From: an uncultured Draconibacterium sp.
Lineage (GTDB): Bacteria; Bacteroidota; Bacteroidia; Bacteroidales; UBA12170
NCBI GenBank assembly: GCA_964412145.1
Contig: CAYPOW010000002.1
Span: 1 to 37,629 of the forward strand
Direction: 5' to 3'
DNA length: 37,629 nucleotides
The position numbers were made by a program, and so were the translations under genes. The number at the start of each line of letters is the position of its first letter. Within the stretch, counting starts at the first letter, position 1. Shown here piece after piece: positions 18,265 through 28,174 of this stretch. The notes under the pieces were generated by a model. It made no database searches, was not told the DNA's origin, and was given only the letters and a program-made list of their open reading frames with translations.

Positions 18265-20700
18265 ATGAAATTTGGTTTTTTCGACGATCAAAACAAAGAA
18301 TATGTAATCACGAACCCTAAAACTCCATATCCTTGGATTAACTATTTAGGCGATACTGATTTTTTCTCCTTGATTTCAAATACATCGGGTGGATATAGCT
18401 TTTATAAAGACGCCCGATTACGCAGAATTACACGCTACCGATACAACAATGTACCTATTGATGACGGTGGAAAATATTTCTATATCAATGATGAGGGAGA
18501 TGTGTGGTCGCCAGGATGGAAACCCGTGAAGAAGGAGCTGGAACATTACTCTTGTCGACATGGTTTAGGCTATACTACTATTGCTGGTATGCGTAATAAG
18601 CTAAAGGTTGAAACTACATTTTTGGTTCCGCTGGAAACGCAAGCCGAGATTCAAAAGGTAAGCCTTACGAATACGGATACTAAAGCGAAAAAGTTCAAGA
18701 TATTCTCTTTTGTTGAATGGGCTTTATGGAATGCGATGGACGATATGACCAATTTTCAACGTAATTTCTCAACTGGACAAGTTGAAGTTGAAGACTCCAC
18801 AATTTATCATAAAACAGAATATCGCGAAAGGAGAAATCACTTTGCTTTTTATTCTGTAAATGAAAAAATGCAAGGTTTTGATACCGACAGAGATTCGTTT
18901 ATTGGTTTATACAATGGTTTTGAAGCTCCGGAAGTAGTAATGGAAGGGAATTCTAAAAACTCTGTGGCTCATGGTTGGTCGCCAATAGCTTCTCATTGTT
19001 TAGAAATTGAATTGCAAGCTGGTGAAACCAAAGACTTGGTTTTTGTTTTGGGTTATATCGAAAACAAGCAAGAAGAAAAATTTATCGAAAACCAAATCAT
19101 CAATAAAACCAAAGCCAAAAAATTAATAGAACAATTTAGCACCACTGCCGATGTTGATAGAGCGCTTCTTGAACTCAAAGAATATTGGGAGAATAACCTG
19201 AATGTGTATGCACTAAACAGCCATGATGAGAAGCTAGATAGAATGGTAAATATTTGGAATCCTTATCAATGTATGATCACTTTTAATTTCTCCAGAAGTG
19301 CCTCTTATTTTGAATCCGGCATTGGTCGAGGTATGGGTTTCCGCGATTCTAACCAAGATTTGATAGGCTTTGTACATATGGCGCCAGAGCGTGCGCGACA
19401 AAGAATTATTGATATTGCAAGTACACAATTCGAAGATGGTGGTGCATATCATCAGTATCAACCGCTAACTAAAAGAGGAAATAATGAGGTGGGAGGAAAT
19501 TTCAACGATGATCCATTGTGGTTAATCCTCTCCGTAAGTACCTATATCAAAGAAACTGGCGATTGGGGAATACTTGATGAGCAAGTCCCTTTTGATAATG
19601 ATGAAAGTAGAGCAAAATCTTTGTTTGAACATTTAAATCGTTCTTTTTATCACGTTGTAAATAATCTCGGAGAACATCAATTGCCGTTAATTGGAAGAGC
19701 CGATTGGAACGATTGCTTAAATCTCAACTGTTTCAGCAACAATCCCGACGAACCTTTTCAAACTACTGAAAATAAAGAAGGTGGCAAAGCCGAATCTTTA
19801 ATGATTGCCGGTTTGTTTGTTTTATATGGAAATGAATATCTAAACCTTTGTAACAAGCTCGGGAAAACGGAAGAGGCGTTGCAGGCTAAAGTACATATCG
19901 AAAATATGATTCAGGCCGTAAATAAACACGGCTGGGATGGTGAATGGTTTTTACGCGCATACAATCATTTTGGAAACAAAATTGGTAGCGATGAAAACGA
20001 AGAAGGTAAAATTTTCATCGAATCTCAAGGATTTTGCATTATGTCGGGTGTTGGCCTTGAAGATGGAAGAGCCAAGCAAGCCCTCGAAGCTGTGAATAAA
20101 CATTTAGCTTGTGAATATGGTATCGTGTTGAACAATCCAGCATTTACTAAATACTATATCGAGATGGGTGAGATTTCAACATATCCAGAAGGTTATAAAG
20201 AAAACGCAGGGATTTTCTGTCATAATAATCCCTGGATAATGATAGCTGAGACTATGGTTGGAAATGGTGATAGAGCCTTTGATTATTATCAGCGAATTGC
20301 TCCTGCTTATCTCGAAGAAATTAGCGATTTGCATAAAACAGAACCTTATGTATATTCTCAAATGATTGCTGGAAAAGATGCTTGGAAACCTGGTGAAGCC
20401 AAAAATTCTTGGCTTACAGGAACAGCAGCTTGGAACTATTATGCCATTACTCAATTTATCCTTGGTATCCGCCCTTCTTACGATGGATTAGAAATAGATC
20501 CTTGTATTCCAAAAGCTTGGGACGGATTTACAGTTTCTAGGAAATATAGAGGAGCAAGTTATGAAATCAAGATTCAAAATCCTAAGCATCAGAGCAAAGG
20601 TGTTCAAAAAATACTTGTGAATGGCAAGGCTGTTAAAGGGAACATTATTCCAGTTTTAGAAAAAGGAAGTGTAAATCAGGTAGAAGTATTATTGGGTTAA
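18265..20700 (+). CDS. GH94 cellobiose phosphorylase-like enzyme (cytoplasmic)
   Basis: 811 aa, no signal peptide. [41 protein letters not shown], catalytic [28 protein letters not shown] and [11 protein letters not shown] are typical of cellobiose phosphorylases. Confidence 0.93.
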   Translation: MKFGFFDDQNKEYVITNPKTPYPWINYLGDTDFFSLISNTSGGYSFYKDARLRRITRYRYNNVPIDDGGKYFYINDEGDVWSPGWKPVKKELEHYSCRHGLGYTTIAGMRNKLKVETTFLVPLETQAEIQKVSLTNTDTKAKKFKIFSFVEWALWNAMDDMTNFQRNFSTGQVEVEDSTIYHKTEYRERRNHFAFYSVNEKMQGFDTDRDSFIGLYNGFEAPEVVMEGNSKNSVAHGWSPIASHCLEIELQAGETKDLVFVLGYIENKQEEKFIENQIINKTKAKKLIEQFSTTADVDRALLELKEYWENNLNVYALNSHDEKLDRMVNIWNPYQCMITFNFSRSASYFESGIGRGMGFRDSNQDLIGFVHMAPERARQRIIDIASTQFEDGGAYHQYQPLTKRGNNEVGGNFNDDPLWLILSVSTYIKETGDWGILDEQVPFDNDESRAKSLFEHLNRSFYHVVNNLGEHQLPLIGRADWNDCLNLNCFSNNPDEPFQTTENKEGGKAESLMIAGLFVLYGNEYLNLCNKLGKTEEALQAKVHIENMIQAVNKHGWDGEWFLRAYNHFGNKIGSDENEEGKIFIESQGFCIMSGVGLEDGRAKQALEAVNKHLACEYGIVLNNPAFTKYYIEMGEISTYPEGYKENAGIFCHNNPWIMIAETMVGNGDRAFDYYQRIAPAYLEEISDLHKTEPYVYSQMIAGKDAWKPGEAKNSWLTGTAAWNYYAITQFILGIRPSYDGLEIDPCIPKAWDGFTVSRKYRGASYEIKIQNPKHQSKGVQKILVNGKAVKGNIIPVLEKGSVNQVEVLLG

Positions 20701-20718
20701 AGAAATTAAATTCTCTAG

Positions 20719-22506
20719 ATGAAAAAACAACCGATTATTTGGGTTTTATTGCTGGTGTTTACACTTTCTTCTTTTAAAGTTGGAGAGAATAAAACTAAAC
20801 AGGAAGAAGATAAAACGGAACAAACACCAATAGAAAAATGGCGAAATGCCCGATTTGGAATGTTTATGCACTGGGGTGTATATTCTACTTTTGCAGGGGA
20901 ATATAATGGAGTAACAAGTCCGTGGCATTATTCTGAGCACTTGATGGCTCAGTTTAGAATTCCTGTCGAAGAATATAAAGAACAGGTAGCTTCTAAATTT
21001 AATCCGCAAGGTTTTAATGCTGACGAATGGGTTAAAACTATAAAAGAGACAGGAATGGGTTATATTGTGATTACTGCCAAACATCACGATGGTTTTGCAA
21101 TGTACGATTCGAAAGTTTCAGATTATAATGTAGTTGATGCAACTCCCTACGGGAAAGATCCTTTACGCGAATTGCGAGACGCTTGTAAACGACAAGGCAT
21201 TTTATTTGGCTTTTATTATTCTCACGCACAAGATTGGGGACATCCCAATGGTGTGCGGAATACTTGGGACTATCCAAATAATCCAGCAAGTCGTAAGTGG
21301 AAAAAGGAGAATCCAGACTATTTTAATACCATTAAGAAGTATTATGATGAAAAAGCGATTCCTCAAATTATCGAATTGATTACTGAATATGATCCAGATA
21401 TTTTTTGGTTCGATACTGCTTTTTGGGGGCCAGCTGAACTCAATAGACTTTGTGTAGATACCGCTTTTTCTTTGAAACCTGAATTGATTATCAATAGCAG
21501 AGGAGAACCAAGTTATGATAGATGCACCTATAAATCTACTTCCGACAAGCCTTTCTCTTTTCCCCCGGAATCAGGCGATTGGGAAGCCATCCCGTCAACA
21601 AGTGAATCCTATGGTTTTCATCAACTAAGCCATACGCATGGAACGGGCTCGTTTTATATTCAATTGCTAGCCAATGCCAGTGCAAAAGGAGGAAATGTAT
21701 TGCTTAACTGTGGGCCTAGGGGTGATGGAAAAATAGATGAAGTGGATTTGGGTATTTTTAAAGATATTGGTAGATGGATGAGCCGAAATAGAGAATCTAT
21801 TCAGGGAACAATTGCCACAACACTTCCTATTCAGGGTTTTGGCCCTTCAACACAGAAAAACAACACACTTTATCTTCACGTTTTCAACTGGCCAAAGAAT
21901 GGCGAATTATATGTTGGTGGAATTAAATCAGATGTTATAAAAGCGAGAATGCTGACGCATCCTAATCAAGAAATTAAGGTGAGTCGAATCAATGAAAAAG
22001 ATATTCTTATTCACTTGCCCCAAAAACCTCAGGAATTAGGAAATACTGTGATCGCTCTTGCTTGTGAGACTCTTGAAACGGATAATGTACGTCTTTTATC
22101 ACCAAATATTGAAGAAGATGTATTGCATGTTTTTGATGGTGACTTGATTGGAAAACATTTGCGCTTTGGAAAGGGAAATCACAAAAGCAACAGTGTACTC
22201 AATTGGAAAGATATGGAACAATCTGTTCAATGGTCCGTTCGTTTGCTCAATGAAACAACTTACGATGTATTTGTTTCTTACGATGCCTTAAAAGAATCGG
22301 ATGGAAATACATTTAAAATCACACTGGGTGGTAGTGAACTAATGGGTCAGGTAGTTGGTTTGAAAAATATGGACAGACAGTATTTAGGAAGAGTCACACT
22401 CAAGCCAGGAGAGTTTTATATAGGGGTAAAAGCTGAGCATATGAACAATTACGAATTGATGAGATTAAGAAGTATTCATCTAATTTCAACAAAGAATAAA
22501 AACTAG
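20719..22506 (+). CDS. GH29 alpha-L-fucosidase family enzyme with C-terminal beta-sandwich domain
   Basis: Signal peptide; W..ARFGMFMHWGVYS, FNADEW, TAKHHDGF, FYYS..DW, nucleophile WFD, GGNVLLN.GP..DG. Confidence 0.92.
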   Translation: MKKQPIIWVLLLVFTLSSFKVGENKTKQEEDKTEQTPIEKWRNARFGMFMHWGVYSTFAGEYNGVTSPWHYSEHLMAQFRIPVEEYKEQVASKFNPQGFNADEWVKTIKETGMGYIVITAKHHDGFAMYDSKVSDYNVVDATPYGKDPLRELRDACKRQGILFGFYYSHAQDWGHPNGVRNTWDYPNNPASRKWKKENPDYFNTIKKYYDEKAIPQIIELITEYDPDIFWFDTAFWGPAELNRLCVDTAFSLKPELIINSRGEPSYDRCTYKSTSDKPFSFPPESGDWEAIPSTSESYGFHQLSHTHGTGSFYIQLLANASAKGGNVLLNCGPRGDGKIDEVDLGIFKDIGRWMSRNRESIQGTIATTLPIQGFGPSTQKNNTLYLHVFNWPKNGELYVGGIKSDVIKARMLTHPNQEIKVSRINEKDILIHLPQKPQELGNTVIALACETLETDNVRLLSPNIEEDVLHVFDGDLIGKHLRFGKGNHKSNSVLNWKDMEQSVQWSVRLLNETTYDVFVSYDALKESDGNTFKITLGGSELMGQVVGLKNMDRQYLGRVTLKPGEFYIGVKAEHMNNYELMRLRSIHLISTKNKN

Positions 22507-22510
22507 CATT

Positions 22511-23902
22511 ATGGATAAAAATAAAATTTCAATTGGCGAAAAGCTCGGTTATGCTTCAGGCGATTTTGCCTCCAACTTATTCTGGCAGACATTTATGTTC
22601 TTTTTGCCCATTTTTTATACCGATGTTTTTGGTTTACCGGTTGGAATTGCGGCTCTTTTATTTGGTTTGTCGCGGATTTTAGATGGAGTTACCGACCCCA
22701 TAATGGGAATGATTGCTGATAGAACTAAATCGCGATGGGGAAAATTTCGCCCTTATATTGCTTTTTTAGCTATTCCTTTCGCCGTTGTAGGCGTTTTGAG
22801 CTTTACCAGTCCTGATTTGAGTTTAAATGGCAAGATTGTTTATGCTTTTATCACTTATAATCTGATGATGATTTTGTATACGGCTATCAATATTCCTTAT
22901 TCAGCATTGATGGGTGTTATTTCGTCCGATTCGCAAGAACGAACAAGCATTTCATCGTATCGCTTTATTTTGGCTTTTGGGTCCGGTTTATTTGTTACCG
23001 CTTTTAATAATTCTTTTGTTGAGTATTTTGGGAAAGGAGACGATGCCCTCGGATATAAATACACCATCACTTTGTATGCTATTCTAGCTGTTATTTTGTT
23101 TTTCCTTACTTTCTTTACAACCAAGGAGCGAGTTCTACCTAAAAAGCAGGGGAACAATACGATTAAAAATGATTTGAAAGATTTGATCAGCAATAAACCT
23201 TGGATTATTCTATTGTTGGCAGGTATATTTACAATTTTCTATGTTTCCATCAGAAATGGAGCCATTGCCTATTATTTTAAGTATTATGTAGATGTTAAAT
23301 ACTTTGAATTTAGTCTATTTGGAAATGATTACAGCTACGATTTAGCTTCTTCCTTTATGGTTATCGGAACTATTGCCGGAATATTAGGTTTATCTTTTGT
23401 AAAGAAATTCTCCGATTGGGTTGGCAAGAAAAAAGCCTATTTGATCTTGATGATTCTTTCAACTTTATTTACCAGCGCATTTTTTCTGTTAGATAAAACT
23501 CAAATTACGGCTATCTTTGTAATGCAAGTACTGGCTAGTTTATTTATGGGTCCAACATCAGCTTTGGTTTGGGCAATGTATGCCGATATTGCAGATTATT
23601 CCGAATGGAAAACAGGAAGAAGAGCTACTGGCCTAATTTTCTCCGCATCAACAATGGCACAGAAATTTGGTTGGTCATTGGCGGGTGTCATCACCATGGC
23701 TTTATTGGGTTATTTTGGTTACGAAGCCAATATTCAGCAAACTCCAGAATCTTTAACAGGAATAAAAGCTTTGGTAAGCCTTATTCCATCTGTTGGTAGT
23801 TTAATATGTGCAGTACTTATTGTATTTTACGCTTTGGATGATAAATTTATCGCTAAAATTCAAATTGAATTAGCAGCACGCTCAAGTCAAAATAATTCTT
23901 AA
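22511..23902 (+). CDS. MFS glycoside-pentoside-hexuronide (GPH):cation symporter
   Basis: EKLGYA.GDFASNL, DG.TDPIMG.IADRT.SRWGKFRPY, NIPYSAL, AD.ADYSEWKTGRR.TG. Confidence 0.95.
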   Translation: MDKNKISIGEKLGYASGDFASNLFWQTFMFFLPIFYTDVFGLPVGIAALLFGLSRILDGVTDPIMGMIADRTKSRWGKFRPYIAFLAIPFAVVGVLSFTSPDLSLNGKIVYAFITYNLMMILYTAINIPYSALMGVISSDSQERTSISSYRFILAFGSGLFVTAFNNSFVEYFGKGDDALGYKYTITLYAILAVILFFLTFFTTKERVLPKKQGNNTIKNDLKDLISNKPWIILLLAGIFTIFYVSIRNGAIAYYFKYYVDVKYFEFSLFGNDYSYDLASSFMVIGTIAGILGLSFVKKFSDWVGKKKAYLILMILSTLFTSAFFLLDKTQITAIFVMQVLASLFMGPTSALVWAMYADIADYSEWKTGRRATGLIFSASTMAQKFGWSLAGVITMALLGYFGYEANIQQTPESLTGIKALVSLIPSVGSLICAVLIVFYALDDKFIAKIQIELAARSSQNNS

Positions 23903-23916
23903 TTTAACAGATAAAA

Positions 23917-26307
23917 ATGCAGTTTGGATATTTCGACGATAAAAATAAAGAATACGTAATTACCAATCCAGCAACACCTCGGTCTTGGAGTAATTATTTA
24001 GGCTCAACACGCTATGGAACAATTATTACCAATAATGCTGGCGGTTATAGCTTTTATCAATCTTCGGCACAAGGACGGTTTACCCGACTGCGTTTCAATG
24101 CCATTCCGATGGATCAACCCGGAAGGTATATTTATTTACACGATACAGAGAATAAAGATTTCTGGTCGGCCTCTTGGCAACCTGTTGGAAAAGATTTAAA
24201 AGATTATAAATCCGAATGTAGACACGGTTCAGCTTATACCCAAATAGATTCGGATTATTCACATATAAAAACGGAAACGCTTTTCTTTGTTCCTTTAGAT
24301 GCCGATTATGAACTGTGGCATTTTAAAATCACGAACTCTGGCTCTAAAAAGCGTTCATTAAAAGCATTTACTTATGTAGAATTTGCCAATAATTGGAATG
24401 CTTTCGACGATCAGAATAATTTACAATACACCCAGTACATCGTTAAAACATCTTTTCATAAAAATGCCATAAACCATGGTTCCAATTTATTTATTCCACC
24501 ACAAGAAAGTTTCCAAGATAAAGATCAAGGAAGGAGCACATTCATTGGAATTGCAGGAGCAGAAGTAAGCGGATTTGATTCTGATCGCGAAAAGTTTATT
24601 GGTCCTTATCGTGCGTATCATAATCCTTTAGCCGTTGAAAATGGAGCCTGTTCCAATTCTTTAACCGAAGGTGATAACGGCTGTGGAAGTTTGCAAGTAA
24701 ATATTGATTTGGAAGCTGGAGAAACAAAACAGTTTACGGTAATAATGGGTATTGGCAAAGCAGATGTAGAAGGACAAAAAGTCATTGAGAAATACCAAGA
24801 TGCTAAAAATGTAGAATTTGAACTTACGCAATTGAAAGAATACTGGCACTCGCGAATAGAAGGGTTTACTGCCCAAACTCCAGATGCGGATTTCAACAGT
24901 ATGTTCAATATGTGGAATCCGTTTAATAATCTGATTACCTATGCTTGGTCAAGAGCGGCAAGTCTTGTTTATAGCGGAGAACGTGATGGATTGGGTTATC
25001 GAGATACGATTCAGGATATGTTAGGTGTGTTGCATACTATTCCGGAAGAAGCTGGAAAACGATTGGAGTTGATGCTCTCTGGACAATCTGCCACAGGCGG
25101 TGCGATGCCACTTGTAAAACCCTTTGCTCATAAACCGGGATTTGAAAAAACGCCCTCCGAAAATGAATATCGCTCTGATGATTCGCTTTGGCTTTTTAAT
25201 ACGGTTCCAGCCTATGTAAAAGAAACTGGTCTTATCGATTTTTACGAAAAAATAATTCCTTATTCCGATTCAGGTGAAGGAAGTGTGCTCGATCACTTGA
25301 AAAGAGCAATCCTTTTTAATTTGGACAGAACGGGATTGCATACGCTTCCTTGTGGTTTAGCCGCTGATTGGAACGACTGTTTGGTTCTCGGGCAGAAAGG
25401 TGAATCGGTTTTTGTATCCTTACAATTGCGCTTTGCATTAAAAGAATATATTTCTATTTGTAATTTGCTACATAAAGTTGATGAAATTAAATGGGGGCAG
25501 GAGCATTTGCAAAGAGTAGATGAATCCATAGAGAAATATGCTTGGGAAGAAGATCGATACATTCGTGCTTATCGCTACGATGGTTTAAAGTTTGGTTCCA
25601 AAGAAAATGAAGAAGGTAGCTTGTATTTAAATCCGCAAACTTGGGCCGTTTTGAGTGGCCATGCAAATAAAGATCGTTCTAGCATTATTATGGAAACAGT
25701 AGCTGAAAACCTAGCAACAGACTATGGTATAATGCTGATGGATCCACCTTACGAAAAAACAGAACATTCGGTTGTAAAAGCTCCTCTTTTCAATAAAGGA
25801 ATGAAAGAGAATGCTTCTATTTTTCAGCATACTCAAGGTTGGGCCGTGATGGCCGAAGCTCTCCTTGGAAATGGAAACAGGGCTTTTAGCTATTTTAAAT
25901 CTTATTTACCTGCAGCTTATAATGCAAAAGCAGAAATTAGAGAAACGGAACCTTATGTGTATGCGCAAACAACCAATAGTAAATACAATTCTCGTTTTGG
26001 TTCTTCACGAAACCCCTGGTTGAGCGGAACAGCAACCTGGGCATATTTCTCCGCCGCACAATCCATTTTGGGCATTCAGCCAGACTATGATGGTTTGCGA
26101 ATTGATCCGTGTATTCCAGAGACTTGGGATTCGTTTTCCGTTCAGCGAGTTTTTAGAGGAAAGCGTTTAAACATTCTATTTAATAATCCTGATAAAGTTC
26201 AAAAAGGAGTGCATTCAATTATTTTAAACGGGAAAAAGTTGAGTGGAAATCTAATCTCCTTTGAACTGCTTGAGAAGGAAAATCAGGTAGAGGTTTTGAT
26301 GGGTTGA
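23917..26307 (+). CDS. Second GH94 phosphorylase, cellodextrin/chitobiose phosphorylase-like
   Basis: 796 aa, no signal peptide. SWSNYLG, WSRAASLVYSGERDGLGYRDTIQD, YRSDD.LWL, ADWNDCL, KENASIF.H.QGW, WLSGTATW. The loops differ from the first GH94; specificity is inferred. Confidence 0.88.
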   Translation: MQFGYFDDKNKEYVITNPATPRSWSNYLGSTRYGTIITNNAGGYSFYQSSAQGRFTRLRFNAIPMDQPGRYIYLHDTENKDFWSASWQPVGKDLKDYKSECRHGSAYTQIDSDYSHIKTETLFFVPLDADYELWHFKITNSGSKKRSLKAFTYVEFANNWNAFDDQNNLQYTQYIVKTSFHKNAINHGSNLFIPPQESFQDKDQGRSTFIGIAGAEVSGFDSDREKFIGPYRAYHNPLAVENGACSNSLTEGDNGCGSLQVNIDLEAGETKQFTVIMGIGKADVEGQKVIEKYQDAKNVEFELTQLKEYWHSRIEGFTAQTPDADFNSMFNMWNPFNNLITYAWSRAASLVYSGERDGLGYRDTIQDMLGVLHTIPEEAGKRLELMLSGQSATGGAMPLVKPFAHKPGFEKTPSENEYRSDDSLWLFNTVPAYVKETGLIDFYEKIIPYSDSGEGSVLDHLKRAILFNLDRTGLHTLPCGLAADWNDCLVLGQKGESVFVSLQLRFALKEYISICNLLHKVDEIKWGQEHLQRVDESIEKYAWEEDRYIRAYRYDGLKFGSKENEEGSLYLNPQTWAVLSGHANKDRSSIIMETVAENLATDYGIMLMDPPYEKTEHSVVKAPLFNKGMKENASIFQHTQGWAVMAEALLGNGNRAFSYFKSYLPAAYNAKAEIRETEPYVYAQTTNSKYNSRFGSSRNPWLSGTATWAYFSAAQSILGIQPDYDGLRIDPCIPETWDSFSVQRVFRGKRLNILFNNPDKVQKGVHSIILNGKKLSGNLISFELLEKENQVEVLMG

Positions 26308-26347
26308 TGGGCTGTAGACTTTGTATCTTCAAGGAAAAAAGCCAAAA

Positions 26348-26422
26348 AAACCATTCAGAACGCAAAGCTAACCAAGACGAACGTAAATTTTACCCCGGTT
26401 TAGAATTTGAGTAAGATATTTA
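26348..26422 (+). promoter_or_regulatory. Putative HTCS operator upstream of the GH9 operon
   Basis: AACCA-N4-GAACG repeated at a 21-nt offset (26349, 26370), TTACC at 26390, then N20 and a degenerate box GATATTTA. Confidence 0.6.
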
Positions 26423-26443
26423 CAATGTGTTTTAAAACAGTCT

Positions 26444-28165
26444 ATGAAAAGATTAATTACTATACTATTCATCGTTCTAACTAACTTGGTTTTCGCACAA
26501 GAAAAAAGCAATTCCATTAAGGTTGATCAATTGGGCTATTTCCCTCAATCGCAAAAAATAGCCCTAGTGCCGGGGGAAATAAAAGGCGAATTTCAATTGC
26601 ATGATGCAACAACTGGAAAAGTGGTTTTTCAGTCTACGTTGAGCAAACCCAAGAAATGGAAATACGCCAATGAAGTTGTTGCAATAGCTGATTTTTCAAG
26701 CTTTCGAAAAGAAGGAACTTATTACATTACAACAACCAATTCAGACACAAAAAAATCTTTCAATTTTGAAATTAATAACAAGGTTTACCAATCGCTTGCT
26801 AAAGCAGGTTGGGAGGCTTTTTATTTTGCTAGAGTGTCAACATCAATTGAGGAAAAATATGCTGGAAAATATGCAAGGCCTGCAGGTCATCCCGACGATA
26901 AAGTAATCGTTCACAAATCTGCGGCTAGCAAAACACGTCCCAAAGGAACAATACTATCATCTCCCGGTGGCTGGTATGATGCGGGCGATTATAATAAATA
27001 CATTGTGAATTCTGGGATAACGACTTTTACACTGCTTCATTTGGTGGATTTATACCCTGATTATGTTAAAGAATATGCTTTAAATATTCCTGAGAATAAA
27101 AATGAGATACCAGATATTATTGATGAGATACTGTATAACTTAAAGTGGATGATAAGTATGCAAGATCCATACGATGGCGGTGTTTATCATAAACTTACAG
27201 ATAAAAACTTCTCAGCTCATATAATGCCACATTTAGCAGTTACTCCAAGATATGTGGTGCAAAAATCTACTCCTGCGGCTTTAAATTTGGCAAGTGTTTG
27301 CGCCAAGGCTTCTCGAGTATTAAAACCTTGGAATAAAGAATTGAATGGTTTTGCAGATTCTTGCTTGATCGTTGCGAAAAATGCTTTTGCCTGGGCAGAG
27401 AATCACCCAAAGGTATATTACAAACAGCCAAAAGACATTAACACGGGCGAATATGGTGATGTTAGACTCGCCGATGAATTTGCCTGGGCTTCAATAGAAT
27501 TGTTTTTGGCTACAAATGATGATAAATATATCCAATCCAATTTAGATCAAGTATTTATTTACAATGTTCCTTCCTGGCCAAAAACTGGAACTTTAGGTGT
27601 TTATGATCTTTTGTTGAACTCTGATTACACTTCTGATAAAATTAAACGATTAACTATTTTCAAAGGCTTTATGACCGAAGCTGATTCATTATACGATCGT
27701 TATGAGAATGCGGCGTATAAAGTTTCTCTTTCAAAATTTGAATGGGGGAGCAATGGTCACGGACTGAACGAAGGAATGCTTTTACTTATGGCCTATAAAA
27801 TAACTGGACAAATAAAATATTTGCAAGCTTCTGAAGCTGTGTTGCATTATATCAATGGATTAAATCCATTAAATATTTGCTATGTAACTGGTTTTGGCAG
27901 TAAGAGTCCAATGCATATCCACGATAGGCGATCGGACAGTGATGATATTCCTGGTCCAATTCCTGGTTATATTGTTGGTGGACCAAATGATAAATCAGGC
28001 GAAGATTGTGGAATGCAAGCCTATAAATACAAAGAAGCAGCAATCCGCTATTTGGATAAAGAGTGCAGTTATTCTACCAACGAAATTGCAATCAATTGGA
28101 GCGCTCCTTTGGCCTTTATGGTTGCTGCAATTCAAATTGAAAATGAGAGATTAAATAGAAAATAG
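26444..28165 (+). CDS. GH9 endoglucanase with N-terminal Ig-like (CelD_N) domain
   Basis: Signal peptide ending VFA/Q; VDQLGY.P...K.A, GGWYDAGDYNKY, YVTGFG....H.H.R, YSTNEIAINW.APL. No T9SS domain, so probably periplasmic. Confidence 0.96.
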   Translation: MKRLITILFIVLTNLVFAQEKSNSIKVDQLGYFPQSQKIALVPGEIKGEFQLHDATTGKVVFQSTLSKPKKWKYANEVVAIADFSSFRKEGTYYITTTNSDTKKSFNFEINNKVYQSLAKAGWEAFYFARVSTSIEEKYAGKYARPAGHPDDKVIVHKSAASKTRPKGTILSSPGGWYDAGDYNKYIVNSGITTFTLLHLVDLYPDYVKEYALNIPENKNEIPDIIDEILYNLKWMISMQDPYDGGVYHKLTDKNFSAHIMPHLAVTPRYVVQKSTPAALNLASVCAKASRVLKPWNKELNGFADSCLIVAKNAFAWAENHPKVYYKQPKDINTGEYGDVRLADEFAWASIELFLATNDDKYIQSNLDQVFIYNVPSWPKTGTLGVYDLLLNSDYTSDKIKRLTIFKGFMTEADSLYDRYENAAYKVSLSKFEWGSNGHGLNEGMLLLMAYKITGQIKYLQASEAVLHYINGLNPLNICYVTGFGSKSPMHIHDRRSDSDDIPGPIPGYIVGGPNDKSGEDCGMQAYKYKEAAIRYLDKECSYSTNEIAINWSAPLAFMVAAIQIENERLNRK

Positions 28166-28174
28166 AGATTAAAT

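Noticed and set aside
18265-23970. Similar 5' nucleotide sequences of the two GH94 genes as a recent duplication
   Set aside because: The similarity reflects the conserved GH94 N-terminus (M.FG.FDD.NKEYVIT.P); the rest of the proteins is strongly diverged.
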